A stretch of DNA of 64,000 bases from Limnothrix sp. BL-A-16 (GTDB lineage: Bacteria; Cyanobacteriota; Cyanobacteriia; CACIAM-69d): assembly GCA_041937175.2 (NCBI GenBank), contig CP166615.1:4448001-4512000 (forward strand), given 5' to 3'. The translations under genes and the position numbers were made by a program. Under the pieces are notes generated by a model. The model worked only from the letters and a program-made list of their open reading frames with translations, did not search any database and was not told where the DNA came from. Position 1 is the stretch's first letter; each line of letters opens with the position of its first letter. Shown here in pieces: positions 1 through 12,000 of the stretch.

Positions 1-3000
1 GCATCAACACCGCCGAGGGAGTGGAAACCCTGGAACGGCTGTTGCGCTGGGAAGTGCGCCAATGTTTGCCCATGCTGGTCGCGCCGGAAATTTTGGCCCA
101 GTTGCAGCTAACGGGCTGGACCACGGAACCGGCAGGGGCGATCGCCTCGCCCATGCTCCCGGCGGCGGCGGCCCAGGCCATGGCTCGGTTTGTGCAGGAA
201 CGCCCGATCTCGCCTGAGTCGATCGAGGCTTTCCAACAGCTTGAGGCCTATGCCCATGGGCGACTGCTGGCCACCCTGCGCCAACTGGGGTTGCTGCGAT
301 CGGCCGCCGATCGCTGGTCCGTGCGATCGGTGATGACGCAACTGGCGGTGCAGCCCCGTTATGAGCGCCTGATTTGGGCCTTGGGTGATTTGCTGACCCG
401 AGCCGGATTCTTGGCGGAACAGGGCGATGGGCTGGGGTTAACGCCCCTGTGCCTCACGCCGGAAATGGATCGCCGGATTGCCAACAGCCCCGCCGAGGCC
501 GATCGACTGCGATCGCGCTATGTAGGCATTGATCCTTGCTTAACCCTGCTCGATCGCTGCTTAGAACGCTATGGCGATATTTTGCGCGGGGCCTGCGATC
601 CCCTAGAGATCCTCTTTCCTCGGGGATCTGCTGCCCAGGTGGAAGGGATCTATCGTGGCAATCCCCTGATGGATTACTACAACGACTTGACCGCCGCCAC
701 GGTGGCCGCAGCGGTGGTGGCCGCCCAACCCACACCCCAACAGCCCTTCCGAATTTTGGAGATTGGTGGCGGCACGGGGGGAACCAGTTTTGCGGTGCTG
801 AAAGCCTTGGATGCCTATGCAGCCAGCGTTCATTACACCTTCACTGATATTTCGCCCACCCTGGTATACCAAGCCCAGCAGACCTTGGATCAAGGCCGCT
901 CCTTCTGTGAATTTCGGGTGTTGAACATTGCCCAAGATGTGGCGGCCCAGTCCTTTGCGCCCGGTAGCTATGACCTGGTGTTGGCGGCCAATGTGCTCCA
1001 TGCCACGGAGAGTGTGACCGCTTCCGTGCGCGAGGCGAAACGGCTCCTGAAGCGCCACGGCCTGTTGGTGCTCAACGAAGGAACCCGGGTTCAGGACTTT
1101 GCCACCCTGACCTTTGGACTCACGGAGGGATGGTGGCTGTTTGGGGATGGGGATTGGCGCTTGCCCCATGCGCCGCTCCTGAGTCCCGCCCAGTGGGAAG
1201 CTCTGTTCCGGGCGGCCGGGTTCCAATCCATTCACCTGGCGAGTCCTGCCCGGCCCGATGCGGGATTCCCGATCGAGACGATCATTCTGGGGGCGAGCGA
1301 TGGTTGGATTGAGTGCCCCACGGCGGCGGCTCCCCAAGGGGCCCCTGTTGTGCCCGATCGGCCGGTTTCTCCATCCGCTCCATCCGCTGCATCCTCATCG
1401 TCGGCGGCTCCGGCCCTGGCTGAAGGGGATTCCCGAGCGGTGGTACTGGCCCATTTACGGCAGGTGTTTGGGCAAGTGTTGCGCCTGGAGGGAACAACCC
1501 TATCGCGCCAAGCCAACTTCGAGACCTACGGGGTGGACTCGTTGGTGACCTTGGAATTGATTCGCGCCTTAGAGCAAACCTTTGGCCTGCTGCCCCAAAC
1601 GCTGCTGTTCCAATGCCCTTCGCTGGATGCGCTGACCCAATGGCTGGAGGCGAATAAGCCTGAGGCGATCGCTGCTTTGGTGGCGGCGGCTCGTTCGGCG
1701 GTTCCGTCGGCTGTGGTTGCCCCTGCGTCTTCTGGGGAACTGTCACCGCCCTCCCCGGGGTTGCCGCCCGCACCGGTTCCCGCACCGCTCCCATCACCGC
1801 TGACATCTGCGCCCCGATCGACCACTTCAGCCTCAACAACCTCGCTTATTCCCACAACATCCGTACCGGAATTGGCGGGCGGTGGCCAGCCGGTTGCGGA
1901 GCCGATCGCCCCAGTTCCCACGGGCCAATCGAGCCAGGGCCCCAGCCCAGCTCGATCGATCGCCCCGACGAACCAGGTTGTGGAGGATGGGGCGATCGCC
2001 ATTGTGGGGTTAGCGGGTCGCTACCCGGGCGGTGCGGACTTGGCGGCCTTTTGGGAAACCCTGATCACCGGGCGTGATGTGATTAGTGAACCGCCGTCCG
2101 GTCGTCAATTTGAGTCCCCTGAATTTGAATTGGCCGAGCATCCCACGGCGCGGCGGGCGGGCTGGTTAGGGGCGATCGATACCTTTGACCCACGCTTTTT
2201 CGGCATTTCGCCCGTGGAAGCAACGGGGATTGATCCCCAAGAGCGGCTGTTTATGGAAGTGGCCTGGGCGGCGCTGGAAGATGCGGGCTTAACCCCCAAT
2301 ACCCTGGTGCGATCGCCCGATCCGGCCGCCAAGCGAGCCGTTGGGGTGTTTGCGGGGGTGATGTACGGCGAATATCAGCTCCTGGCCGCCGAGGCTGCGC
2401 TGCAAGGCGATTTTGTGCTGACCGGTGCTTCTCCTTCCTCGATCGCCAATCGCTTGTCCTATTTTTGCAACTTCCAAGGCCCTAGCTTGGCGGTGGATAC
2501 GGCTTGCTCTTCCTCCCTGGTGGCCATTCATCTGGCGGTGCAAAGTCTGCGGCGGGGAGAATGTCGAGCGGCCTTGGCCGGTGGGGTGAATCTGATTTTG
2601 CATCCTCGGCATTTGCTGGCCCTGCATCGGCTGAAGATGTTGGCGAACGATGGGGTTTGCCGGCCCTTTGGGGCCGGGGCCTCGGGTATGGTTCCCGGCG
2701 AAGGGGTGGGCGTGGTGGTGCTCAAACCCTTGGCCGACGCAGAGCGGGATGGCGATCGAATCTGGGGAGTCATTCGCGGTTCGGCGGTCAACAGTGGCGG
2801 CAAGGTGTCGGGCTACACCGTGCCCAACCCCACGGCCCAGGCGGCGGTGATTCGATCGGCCCTTCAGGATGCGATGGTGGATCCGCACAGCTTGTCCTAC
2901 ATCGAAGCCCACGGCACGGGCACGACGTTGGGAGACCCGATCGAGGTGGCGGGGCTAACCGAAGCCCTCGGTGTCCATGACCAGCCCTACTGTGCGATCG

Positions 3001-6000
3001 GGTCGTTGAAGGCGAACATCGGCCACCTGGAGGCGGCGGCGGGCATTGCGGGACTCACCAAAGTGCTCCTGCAAATGCGCCATGGCCAGTTGGCTCCCTC
3101 GTTGTATGCCGCCGATCCCAATCCGCACATTGCCTTTGACCAAGCCCCGGTGCGGGTGCAAACCCAGGCCATGCCCTGGCAAACCCGGCCCGGTGTGCCT
3201 CGGCGGGCGGGCATCAGTTCCTTTGGGGCGGGCGGGGTGAATGCGCACCTGATTGTGGAGGAATATCGATCGGAGTCGGGGCGATCGGGACTTGATCCCG
3301 ACCCGGCCAGGGCCCAAACCCCTTGGGATCGCCCAGGGATCGATCGCAACGGATCGAGTGCGGGAGACCTACATCCCGGGGGGACTGAACGCAACGGCTT
3401 CGATCGCCTCGTGCTTGATCCGGCGGCAGCCCCGGTCATAGCGGGCGAGCTGATGGTGTCGGAGGGGGAATACGTAGTGCCCGTTTCGGCCCTCGATCGG
3501 GAACGACTCCAAGTTTGGGTGCGCCAACTGCGATCGGTGCTGATCCAACCCCAAAATTCCCCCCAGTCAGACCCCAACCCAGCCCCAGGAATCTTTGCAA
3601 CGGAAGCCCCGATCGATTGGGTGGCACTGGTTTGGACATTGCAAACCGGGCGCGTTGCCCTGCCCTATCGCTTGGCCGTGGTGGCTAAAAATCTCAATGA
3701 CCTGTTGAGCCAATGGGAGGCCTTTTTAGCCGACGGGCCGATCGCCCAAGGATTGGTGGGGCGTTGTGGGCCAGACGATCGGGTGATTCGCACCCGGCCC
3801 GATTCCCCCATGGCCCTGGCCACCGCCTGGGTTCAAGGGGCCGAGGTGGATTGGGAAGCCCTGTGGCTGGGGCCCAAACCATCCCGCGTCACCCTGCCGT
3901 CCTATCCGTTTGAGTTGCGCCCCTGTTGGTTTCCCCGGCCGGCCCAACCCGTGACCGCCTCGATCAACACCGGCCGAGCGGAGCCGCTCCCGGCGAGTTC
4001 CCCAGCCAGTTCTCCCGATTTACCCTCGGCAAAAAAGCCGCCCTCGTCCCCGGGAGCGGTAGGGGTTTTGATTCCCGATTGGCAAGCGATCGCCCCTGAA
4101 GCCGCTTCGGGAGCTGCGGTCGATCCTGTGGTAGGTGAGGTGCTCCTCTGGATTGGCCCCGAAGCCGAGGGAGCGACCATGGCCGCAGCGGTGCAAGCCC
4201 ATCCCGATTGCTGCCGGTTCCGGCGGGTGATTCAGGTGATCCCGGGCCTGGCCTTTGAACCGCTACCGGGCGATCGCTACCGATTGAACAACTCGCGGGA
4301 ATCGGATTTTGGCGAACTGCTGGCTCACCTCGCTGGTCAAGGTCTCGCACCCACCCACGTGCTCTTTCGGAGCCTGGCAACGGCGGCCCCGGATGATGCA
4401 CCGCCGCAGGCGATCCGCCAGGGACTGACCCAAACGCTCTATCCCCTGTTCTATGGATTGCGGGCCCTGTTGCGATCGCCCGCCATCAGCCCTAGCCCGG
4501 TGTCCTGGATTTATTTGGGAGAAGACCCGGCCACTCCCTGGACGGCGGCGGCGGCGGCCTTCTGTACCGCCGTGGGCCAGGAGAGCACCCGATTGCGGCC
4601 GGCGGTGCTGTCGGGGGTGACGGAGCTGAACCAACCTTCCCGAGAGCTGTTGCGGGCGATCGCCCTGCTGTGGCAGCGTCCAGAGCTGAACCATCTTCAG
4701 TTCCAAGCAACGGGATCCCGGGTGCGTACCTGGCAGTTGTTGGATCCCGCGATCGACCCAGGAAACCCGGCCCCGTCCGGTCTCTGGCAAGGGGGCGGCT
4801 GCTATATCCTCACCGGCGGTTTGGGGGCCATTGGCCAACAGTTGGTGGAAAACGCGATCGGCTCGGCTCCGGTGTCGTTGGTGCTGGTGGGTCGATCGCC
4901 CCTAGATGATCGCAAAACCGCGCGTCTGGAAGCCTGGCGGGCCCAAGGGGCCCAAATCACCTACGTGGCGGCCGATGTGGGCGACTGGGACGGGGCGATC
5001 GCCGTGGTCAACGCCGCCCGCCAAACGGGCCGGCCCCTGCGCGGCGTGATCCATGCCGCCGGCCTGATTGAAGACGCGCTGCTGATCCACAAAGACCGGC
5101 CCACCTTCGGGCGAGTCTTGCGGCCCAAGGTGCAAGGAACCGTTTATCTCGATTACCTCACGCGCCAGGATCCGCTGGACTTTTTCCTGTGCCTGTCTTC
5201 CCTCAGCGCCCTGATGGGGGCCCCGGGCCAGGGCGATTATGCCGCCGCCAATGCTTTCTTGGATGCTTGGATTCAGCAACGGGAAACCCAGCGGCAACGT
5301 CAGCAGCGATCGGGCGTGAGCCGCACCCTGAATTTGCCCTTCTGGCAAGGGGGCGGCATGGCCTTGACGGAGGTTTCCCAGGCTTGGATGGCGGACATGG
5401 CGGGACTGCAACCCCTAACCCCCGCCCAGGGACTGGAACTGATCCATTGGGCCATTCGCCAATCCCATCCCCAAGTGGCGATCGCCCCGGGAGAGCCGGA
5501 AAAATTCCAAGCATTTCTTCAGGGCCGCTTTCAAGGCCACTCCGCAACGTCCGCTCAGTCGGATCGACCCTTGGCCGCCAATCCGATGCCTGCGGCTCCT
5601 GTGGCTGCTCAGGCCACGGCTTCGGATACCCTGCCCGTTTTGCGATCGATCATTTCCGACCTGCTGGGTTTGCGGCCCGAAGAAATTGACCCCCAAGCCC
5701 GACTGGGAGAATTAGGGTTTGATTCGTTGCAATTGGCGCGCCTGGGTGAAGCCATTCAAAAACAGCCCTCGGATCGGGCTTTCAACTCAGCCCTGCTGTT
5801 TGAAAATCCCACCGTGGCCGCCCTGACTCCGTATTTGCGATCGGATCAACCGGCGGAACCCCCAGAACCGGCCCCCCAACCAATCGGTTCTCCGGTGTCC
5901 CCCTTGGGGCTGACGGCAGTTCCTGGGGGGCAATCCCTCGGGGCTGAAGCTCCGATGGGGGAACCAACCTTCGCCCCATCCATGCCCGATCGCCCGGGAG

Positions 6001-9000
6001 AGTTAGCCCAAATCACCCGATCGCGCCGCTTCAACCCCCAGGAACCGATCGCCATCATTGGCATGGCCGGACGCTTCCCCGGAGCCAACACCCTGGAGGA
6101 CTTTTGGGACAACCTGGCGGCGGGCGCAGATTGCATTACCGAAGTGCCCGCCAGCCGCTGGAATCCTGACCAATACGCCAGCCAATGCGTCTGCCGTTGG
6201 GGGGGCTTTCTGGATGGGGTTGATCAATTTGATCCCCTGTTTTTCCGGATTTCCCCCCGGGAAGCGGTTTCCATGGATCCCCAAGAGCGGCTGTTTCTGC
6301 AAACCGCCTGGCACACCCTGGAAAATGCGGGCTACACCCCCGATCGCCTGCGTCAAGCGGCCGATGGCTCCCCGCGTCGGGTGGGCGTTTTTGTGGGCAT
6401 CACCTGGGGCAGTTATCAGTTGCTCTCGGCCCAAGAATGGTTGCGGAGTAACCAAATTCTCGGATCCTCATCCTATTGGTCCGTGGCCAACCGGGTGTCC
6501 TGGTTTTTAGACTGCAAGGGCCCCAGTTTGGCGGTGGATACGGCCTGCTCCTCGTCCTTGGCGGCCATTCACTTGGCTGTGCAGTCCTTGCGGCGGGGTG
6601 AATGTGCCGTTGCGATCGCGGGCGGAGTGAACCTGCTGTTGCATCCTTGCAAATACGTCGCCCTGAGCGGTTTGGGCTTCCTGGCGGCCGATGGTCGCTG
6701 CCATAGCTTTGGCCAGGGGGCCAATGGGTTTGTGCCCGGTGAAGGGGTGGGCGCGGTGTTGCTGAAGCCCCTGTCGTTGGCGGAGGCCGACGGCGATCGA
6801 ATTGAGGCGGTGATCCTCGGCAGCGCCATCAATCAAGATGGCCTGACCACGGGCTACACGGTTCCCAATCCCGAGGCCCAAGCGGAGCTGATTGAGCTGG
6901 CCCTCCAGGATGCGGGCATTTCTCCGGCCACCTTGAGCTATGTGGAAGCCCATGGTACGGGAACGACCGTGGGAGACCCTTTGGAGTTGCGGGGGCTAGA
7001 CAAGGCCTTTCGCCGCTACACGGATCAATCGCACTTCTGTGCGCTGGGATCGGTGAAGTCCAACATTGGCCATTTGGAAGCCGCTGCGGGGGTGGCGGGG
7101 GTGATCAAAGTGGCGTTGCAGATGCGTCACCAAACCCTCGTGCCCACGCTCCATTGCACACCGCCTAACCCAGTCCTGGATTTCAGCCACAGTCCCTTTG
7201 TGTTGCAAACGGCGCGATCGCCCTGGGTGGGCGAGCGTCGGGCGGGGATCAGTTCCTTTGGAGCGGGGGGCACGAATGTGCATGTGATTTTGGCCAGTTA
7301 CGAGCCAACCCCCGCCGCCGTGGCCCCGGCCTCGGGCGATCGGCCCCAGGTTCCCTTGCTGTTGCCCCTGTCGGCTCGTCATCCCGCTGCCTTGGAACGG
7401 CAAGTGCGGAACCTGGCTCAGTATCTGGAAACCCATGGCGCAACGTTGGCCTTGACGGATGTGGCGGCCACGCTCCACCGGGGCCGTGTGCCCATGGAGT
7501 GCCGAGCGGCGGTCATGGCCGATTCGGTGCCAGCGGCAATCCAGGCCCTGAAGCGCTGGTCGATCGGTGCGCTGGCCAATGCCCTGCCCGCCGCTGCCCA
7601 AGCTTGGTTGGCGGGTGGCCCGCTGCCCCCTTGGGCGGGATCTGGATCCCCCGTTCCCCTACCGGGCTATTCCTTCGAGCCGGAGCGCTACTGGTTGGCT
7701 CTCACGTCGGAGCCGACCACCGCGCCCTTGCCCCCGCTGCCCCCCCGGTTCTATCCCATTTGGCGATCGGCTCCCCTGGAACGTTGTGTCTCGGCGGCGG
7801 CGGTGCTGTTCTTTGCCCCCAATCTAGAGGTGTTGCAGACGGTGCGCGATCGCCTGGCTCCCCGACTGGTGATTGGGGTGTTGCCAGGGACAGGATCTTT
7901 TGAGCTGTTGGCTGCCGACCCATTGCCCATGGATTTTCGGATCGATCCCCATGCGGCCGAGCACTATAGCCGGCTGTTGGCGGCCTGTCCGCCCGTGCAA
8001 TGCCTGATCCAAGCCTGGGATCTAACGGAGTTGGCCGCGGACTCCCGATCGAACCGGGATTTACAGCAAACTCCGTTGCACCGCATGTTTTTGCTCAGTC
8101 AGGCCCTACTGCAAACCCAATCTGAACCCTTGGATATTCACTATGTGTTTTCCGGGGCGGGGGGCGATGTGCCGGGCCGCGTGGCGGTGGCTGGTTTCCG
8201 GCGATCGCTCACGGCCGCCTGTGCTCGCCTGCGGTTGCGCACCATTCGGGTGGAAGCGGAGGCTAAGGCTTGGGCCGGGATTCTGACCGATGAGGTGCAG
8301 ACCCCTTGGATGGATGCGGATATTCTCTATCGCCTGGGAAAACGCTACGGCGAAGACTGGGTGGCCTGGGAGGCTGCCGCTGCGCCTGCGGTGACCTTGC
8401 GCCCCCGCAGCGTCATTTTGGTGACCGGCGGGGCCGGGGCCTTGGGATCTCAGGTGGCGCTGTATTTAGCCAGACACCATCAGGCGCGGTTGGTGCTGAC
8501 CGGGCGATCGCCCCTGTCTCCGGCGATCGAGGCGCAGTTGGCCGCCATTCGTCGAACCGGCGGTGAAGCACGCTACTACGCGGTGGATCTCACGGATCGG
8601 ATCAGCATGGAAGTGATGGTGGCCCATGTGACCACGGAATGGGGGGCGATCGAGGGCTTAGTTCACTGTGCGGGTCTTCAAGGGCAGGCGGCCTTGGGAT
8701 CCCTCAGTTGGTCGGAGTTTGCGGCGGTGCTGCGTCCCAAAATTTTGGGTGTTCAGGTGCTCCAAACCGTTTTGGATTGGTCGTCGCTTTCGTTGCGAAT
8801 CCTGTTTTCATCCCTGGCAGCCGTAGCGGGAGACTTGGGCAGTTGTAACTATGCCTGTGCCAATCGCTATCTTGATGCAGTCGCCGAGGCCAGCGGCGGC
8901 GTGGCGATCGCCTGGCCCCTTTGGGCCGAAGGGGGCATGTCTCTGGATGCCCAGGCCCAAGATCTTTACCTCGCGGCCACGGGGCTGCGGCTCCTGCAAA

Positions 9001-12000
9001 CATCCGCTGCCCTGCAAGTCTTGGCGGGGTTATTTGCCTCGGAACATGCCCGAGTGGTGATTTGCGATGGGGAGCCGCCCGCCCTGGAACGGTTGTTGCG
9101 CCCTTGGCTTTCCGGAGCGGTTCCGGCGGCCACCACCCCACCCCCGATCGCGGCGACGATCCCCGAGCAGACCGCCCCGGCGATCGCTCCACCCATCGCC
9201 GCCCGGCTCACCCGTGATTTAACCAACCCACTAACCACCGACCCATTAACCACCGAGCAATTAACCAACGCATTGGCCGAGATGGCGGGAGCCGTGTTGG
9301 CGATCGCCCCCCACAAACTCCAGCCCCAGACTCCCTTCAGTGAATACGGGTTTGACTCGATGTTGCTGCGCGAATTTGCCACGCGCATTAACCGGCGCTA
9401 TGCGATCGATCTGAGTCCTGCCCTCTTCTTCCGGGTGGGAACCTTGGCCGCCCTGGCTGAACATCTGCAAACGGACTATGCCAGCGCGATCGCGGCGGTT
9501 TTGGTTCCCCCTGCGGTCGATGGGGCGGAGCTGAATGATGGAACCGTGGTCGCCATGCCCCAATCGCCCGCCTTGCCCTTGGCTCCGGTCTGGCCCGATC
9601 AAGATTCCGGCGTGGCGATCATTGGCATCAGTGGCCTGTTTCCCGGTTCTCCCAGCCTGCAAGACTTTTGGCAAAACCTGGTAGCGGGAACGGATTTGAT
9701 TGTGGAAACCCCGCCGGAGCGGTGGGATTGGCGGGACTGCGCTGCCCAACTGGCCGGCACGGGTCGGGAAGAGGCCGCCCGCTGGGGTGGGTTCCTAACG
9801 GAGGTGGCCACCTTCGACCCGCTATTTTTCGGGATTTCCCCCCGGGAAGCGGAGCAGATGGATCCCCAACATCGGCTGTTTTTGCAGCAGGCCTGGCACG
9901 CCTTGGAAGATGCGGGCATTCGGCCCTCTTCCCTGGCCGGCAGCCGCACCGCCGTGTTTGTGGGGGTGCAGATGAATGAATACGTGGAGCGGTTTGGCCC
10001 CGACGCGGGCCCCCAGGTGGCCACGGGCAACGCCCACGCCATGATTGCCAACCGGTTGTCCTACCTGCTGGATCTGCGCGGCCCCAGCGAAATTATTGAC
10101 ACCGCTTGCTCTAGCTCCCTGGTGGCCGTCCATCGGGCGGCGCAGGCCATCCGCTCCGGCGAGGCCACCTTGGCGATCGCGGGGGGTGTGCATTTGCTCC
10201 TGTCTCCCACCGCCGTGATGATGGCGGCGCGGATGGGGGTTTTGTCGCCGGATGGCCGCTGCTACACCTTTGATTCACGGGCCAATGGTTATGTGAAGGG
10301 CGAAGGCGTGGGCGTGGTTTGCCTCAAATCCTTAGCCCAGGCCCGGGCCGATCGCGACCATATTTATGGCGTGATTCGGGCTTCTGGGGTGAACCATGGT
10401 GGCCATGGCATGTCCCTGACGGCTCCCAACCCTCAGGCCCAGGCTGACTTGATTGCCCAGGTGTATCAGCAAGCGGCGGTGGATCCGGCTTCCATTACCT
10501 TGATTGAAACCCACGGCACGGGGACGGCCCTTGGAGACCCGATCGAGGTGGATGCTCTTACGGAGGCCTTTGGTCGGCTGACGGGCCCGGCCACGCCCGA
10601 GGGAGCCGATCGACCCGCGCCTCGCCGTTGGTTGGGATCGGTCAAGACCAATATTGGCCACCTGGAGCCGGCTTCCGGTATTGCAGGTTTGCTGAAAGTG
10701 TTGCTGGCGATGCAACACCGCCAAATTCCGCCCACGCTCCATCAACAATCCCTGAATCCGTTGCTGCACCTGGAGCGGGGCGGGTTCCAAATTGCGACCA
10801 CCCCGCAGCCCTGGGAACCGGCGATCGACCTCTCCGGGCAAGCGGTGTTGCGGGCTGGGGTCAGTAGCTTTGGCTTTGGCGGCGCAAATTGCCATCTGTT
10901 GCTAGAGCGCGTCTTGGATTCGGCGGCCACCCCCGCGCCGGCCTTGGCCAAGCCGCAGCCGGAAGTGATTCCCCTGTCTGCCAAAACGCCCCAAGCCCTG
11001 CGAAGCGCCGTGGTGGCCCTGCGCGATGCCTTGCAAACCGAAGGTGAACGCTATGGTTTGGCGGATGTTGCCCATACGCTGCAAACCGGCCGGGAAGCGT
11101 TGACCCAGCGAGTTGCCTTTGTGGCCCCCGATTACCCGACCCTGTTTCAGCAGATGCAAACCTGGCTGGAACAGGGGCAATGGCCGATCGGGGAGTTGAT
11201 TGAAACATCGCCTCTCGCGCAATTGGCCCAAGCCTGGCAAGCCGGTCAGGCGGAACTCAGCACGATCGCCCAGGCCAGCGATCGCCCCATTCCTCCCCAA
11301 AAAGTCCCCCTGCCCGGCTATCCCTTTAGCCAAACCCGCCATTGGATTCCCCGATCAACCAGTGTGGTTGCGGCAACGGGGCCTGAGGCAGTTTCCGAGG
11401 CAGTTTCCGAGATGGTCTCAGCAGCGGTTTCCACGGCGGTTTCCGCTGGCCTGGTGACCCCTGCCGGTTTGGCCACGCCCGCTCCTACTGCTTCCACTGC
11501 CATGGCCACCCTTCGATCGCTCCTCAGCCAAACTCTGGGCCTAGATTCAGCGTTGCTCACCGAAGACACCGATCTGAGCACCGTGGGGGTCGATTCCTTG
11601 GTGCAAGCGGATTTGCGGCGATCCCTCGAACGCCTATGGGGGCGATCGCTGCCCGCCAATTTGTTCTTGGCGCACCCCACCCTGGCGCAACTGCAAGGGG
11701 CCCTTGGCCCCCTACCTGCGCCGGCCGCGCCCGCCGGAACCAGTCCCCTAATGGTGTTCCACGACCAAGGATCCCAGCCCGCTTCCTTCTGGATTCACGG
11801 CGCGCCGGGAGATACCAACTGGCTTCAGTCCCTCAGCCAATACCTGGGGCCAGACTTCCCCCTGATGGGCATTGAAGCCAATGAATCCGTTGCCCAAGAG
11901 AGCATCACGGCGATGGCTGAACATTACCTGTCGCTGATTGAAACCTTTCACCCCGCGATCGACTATCGCTTGGGGGGATACTCCTTCGGTGGAACGGTGG

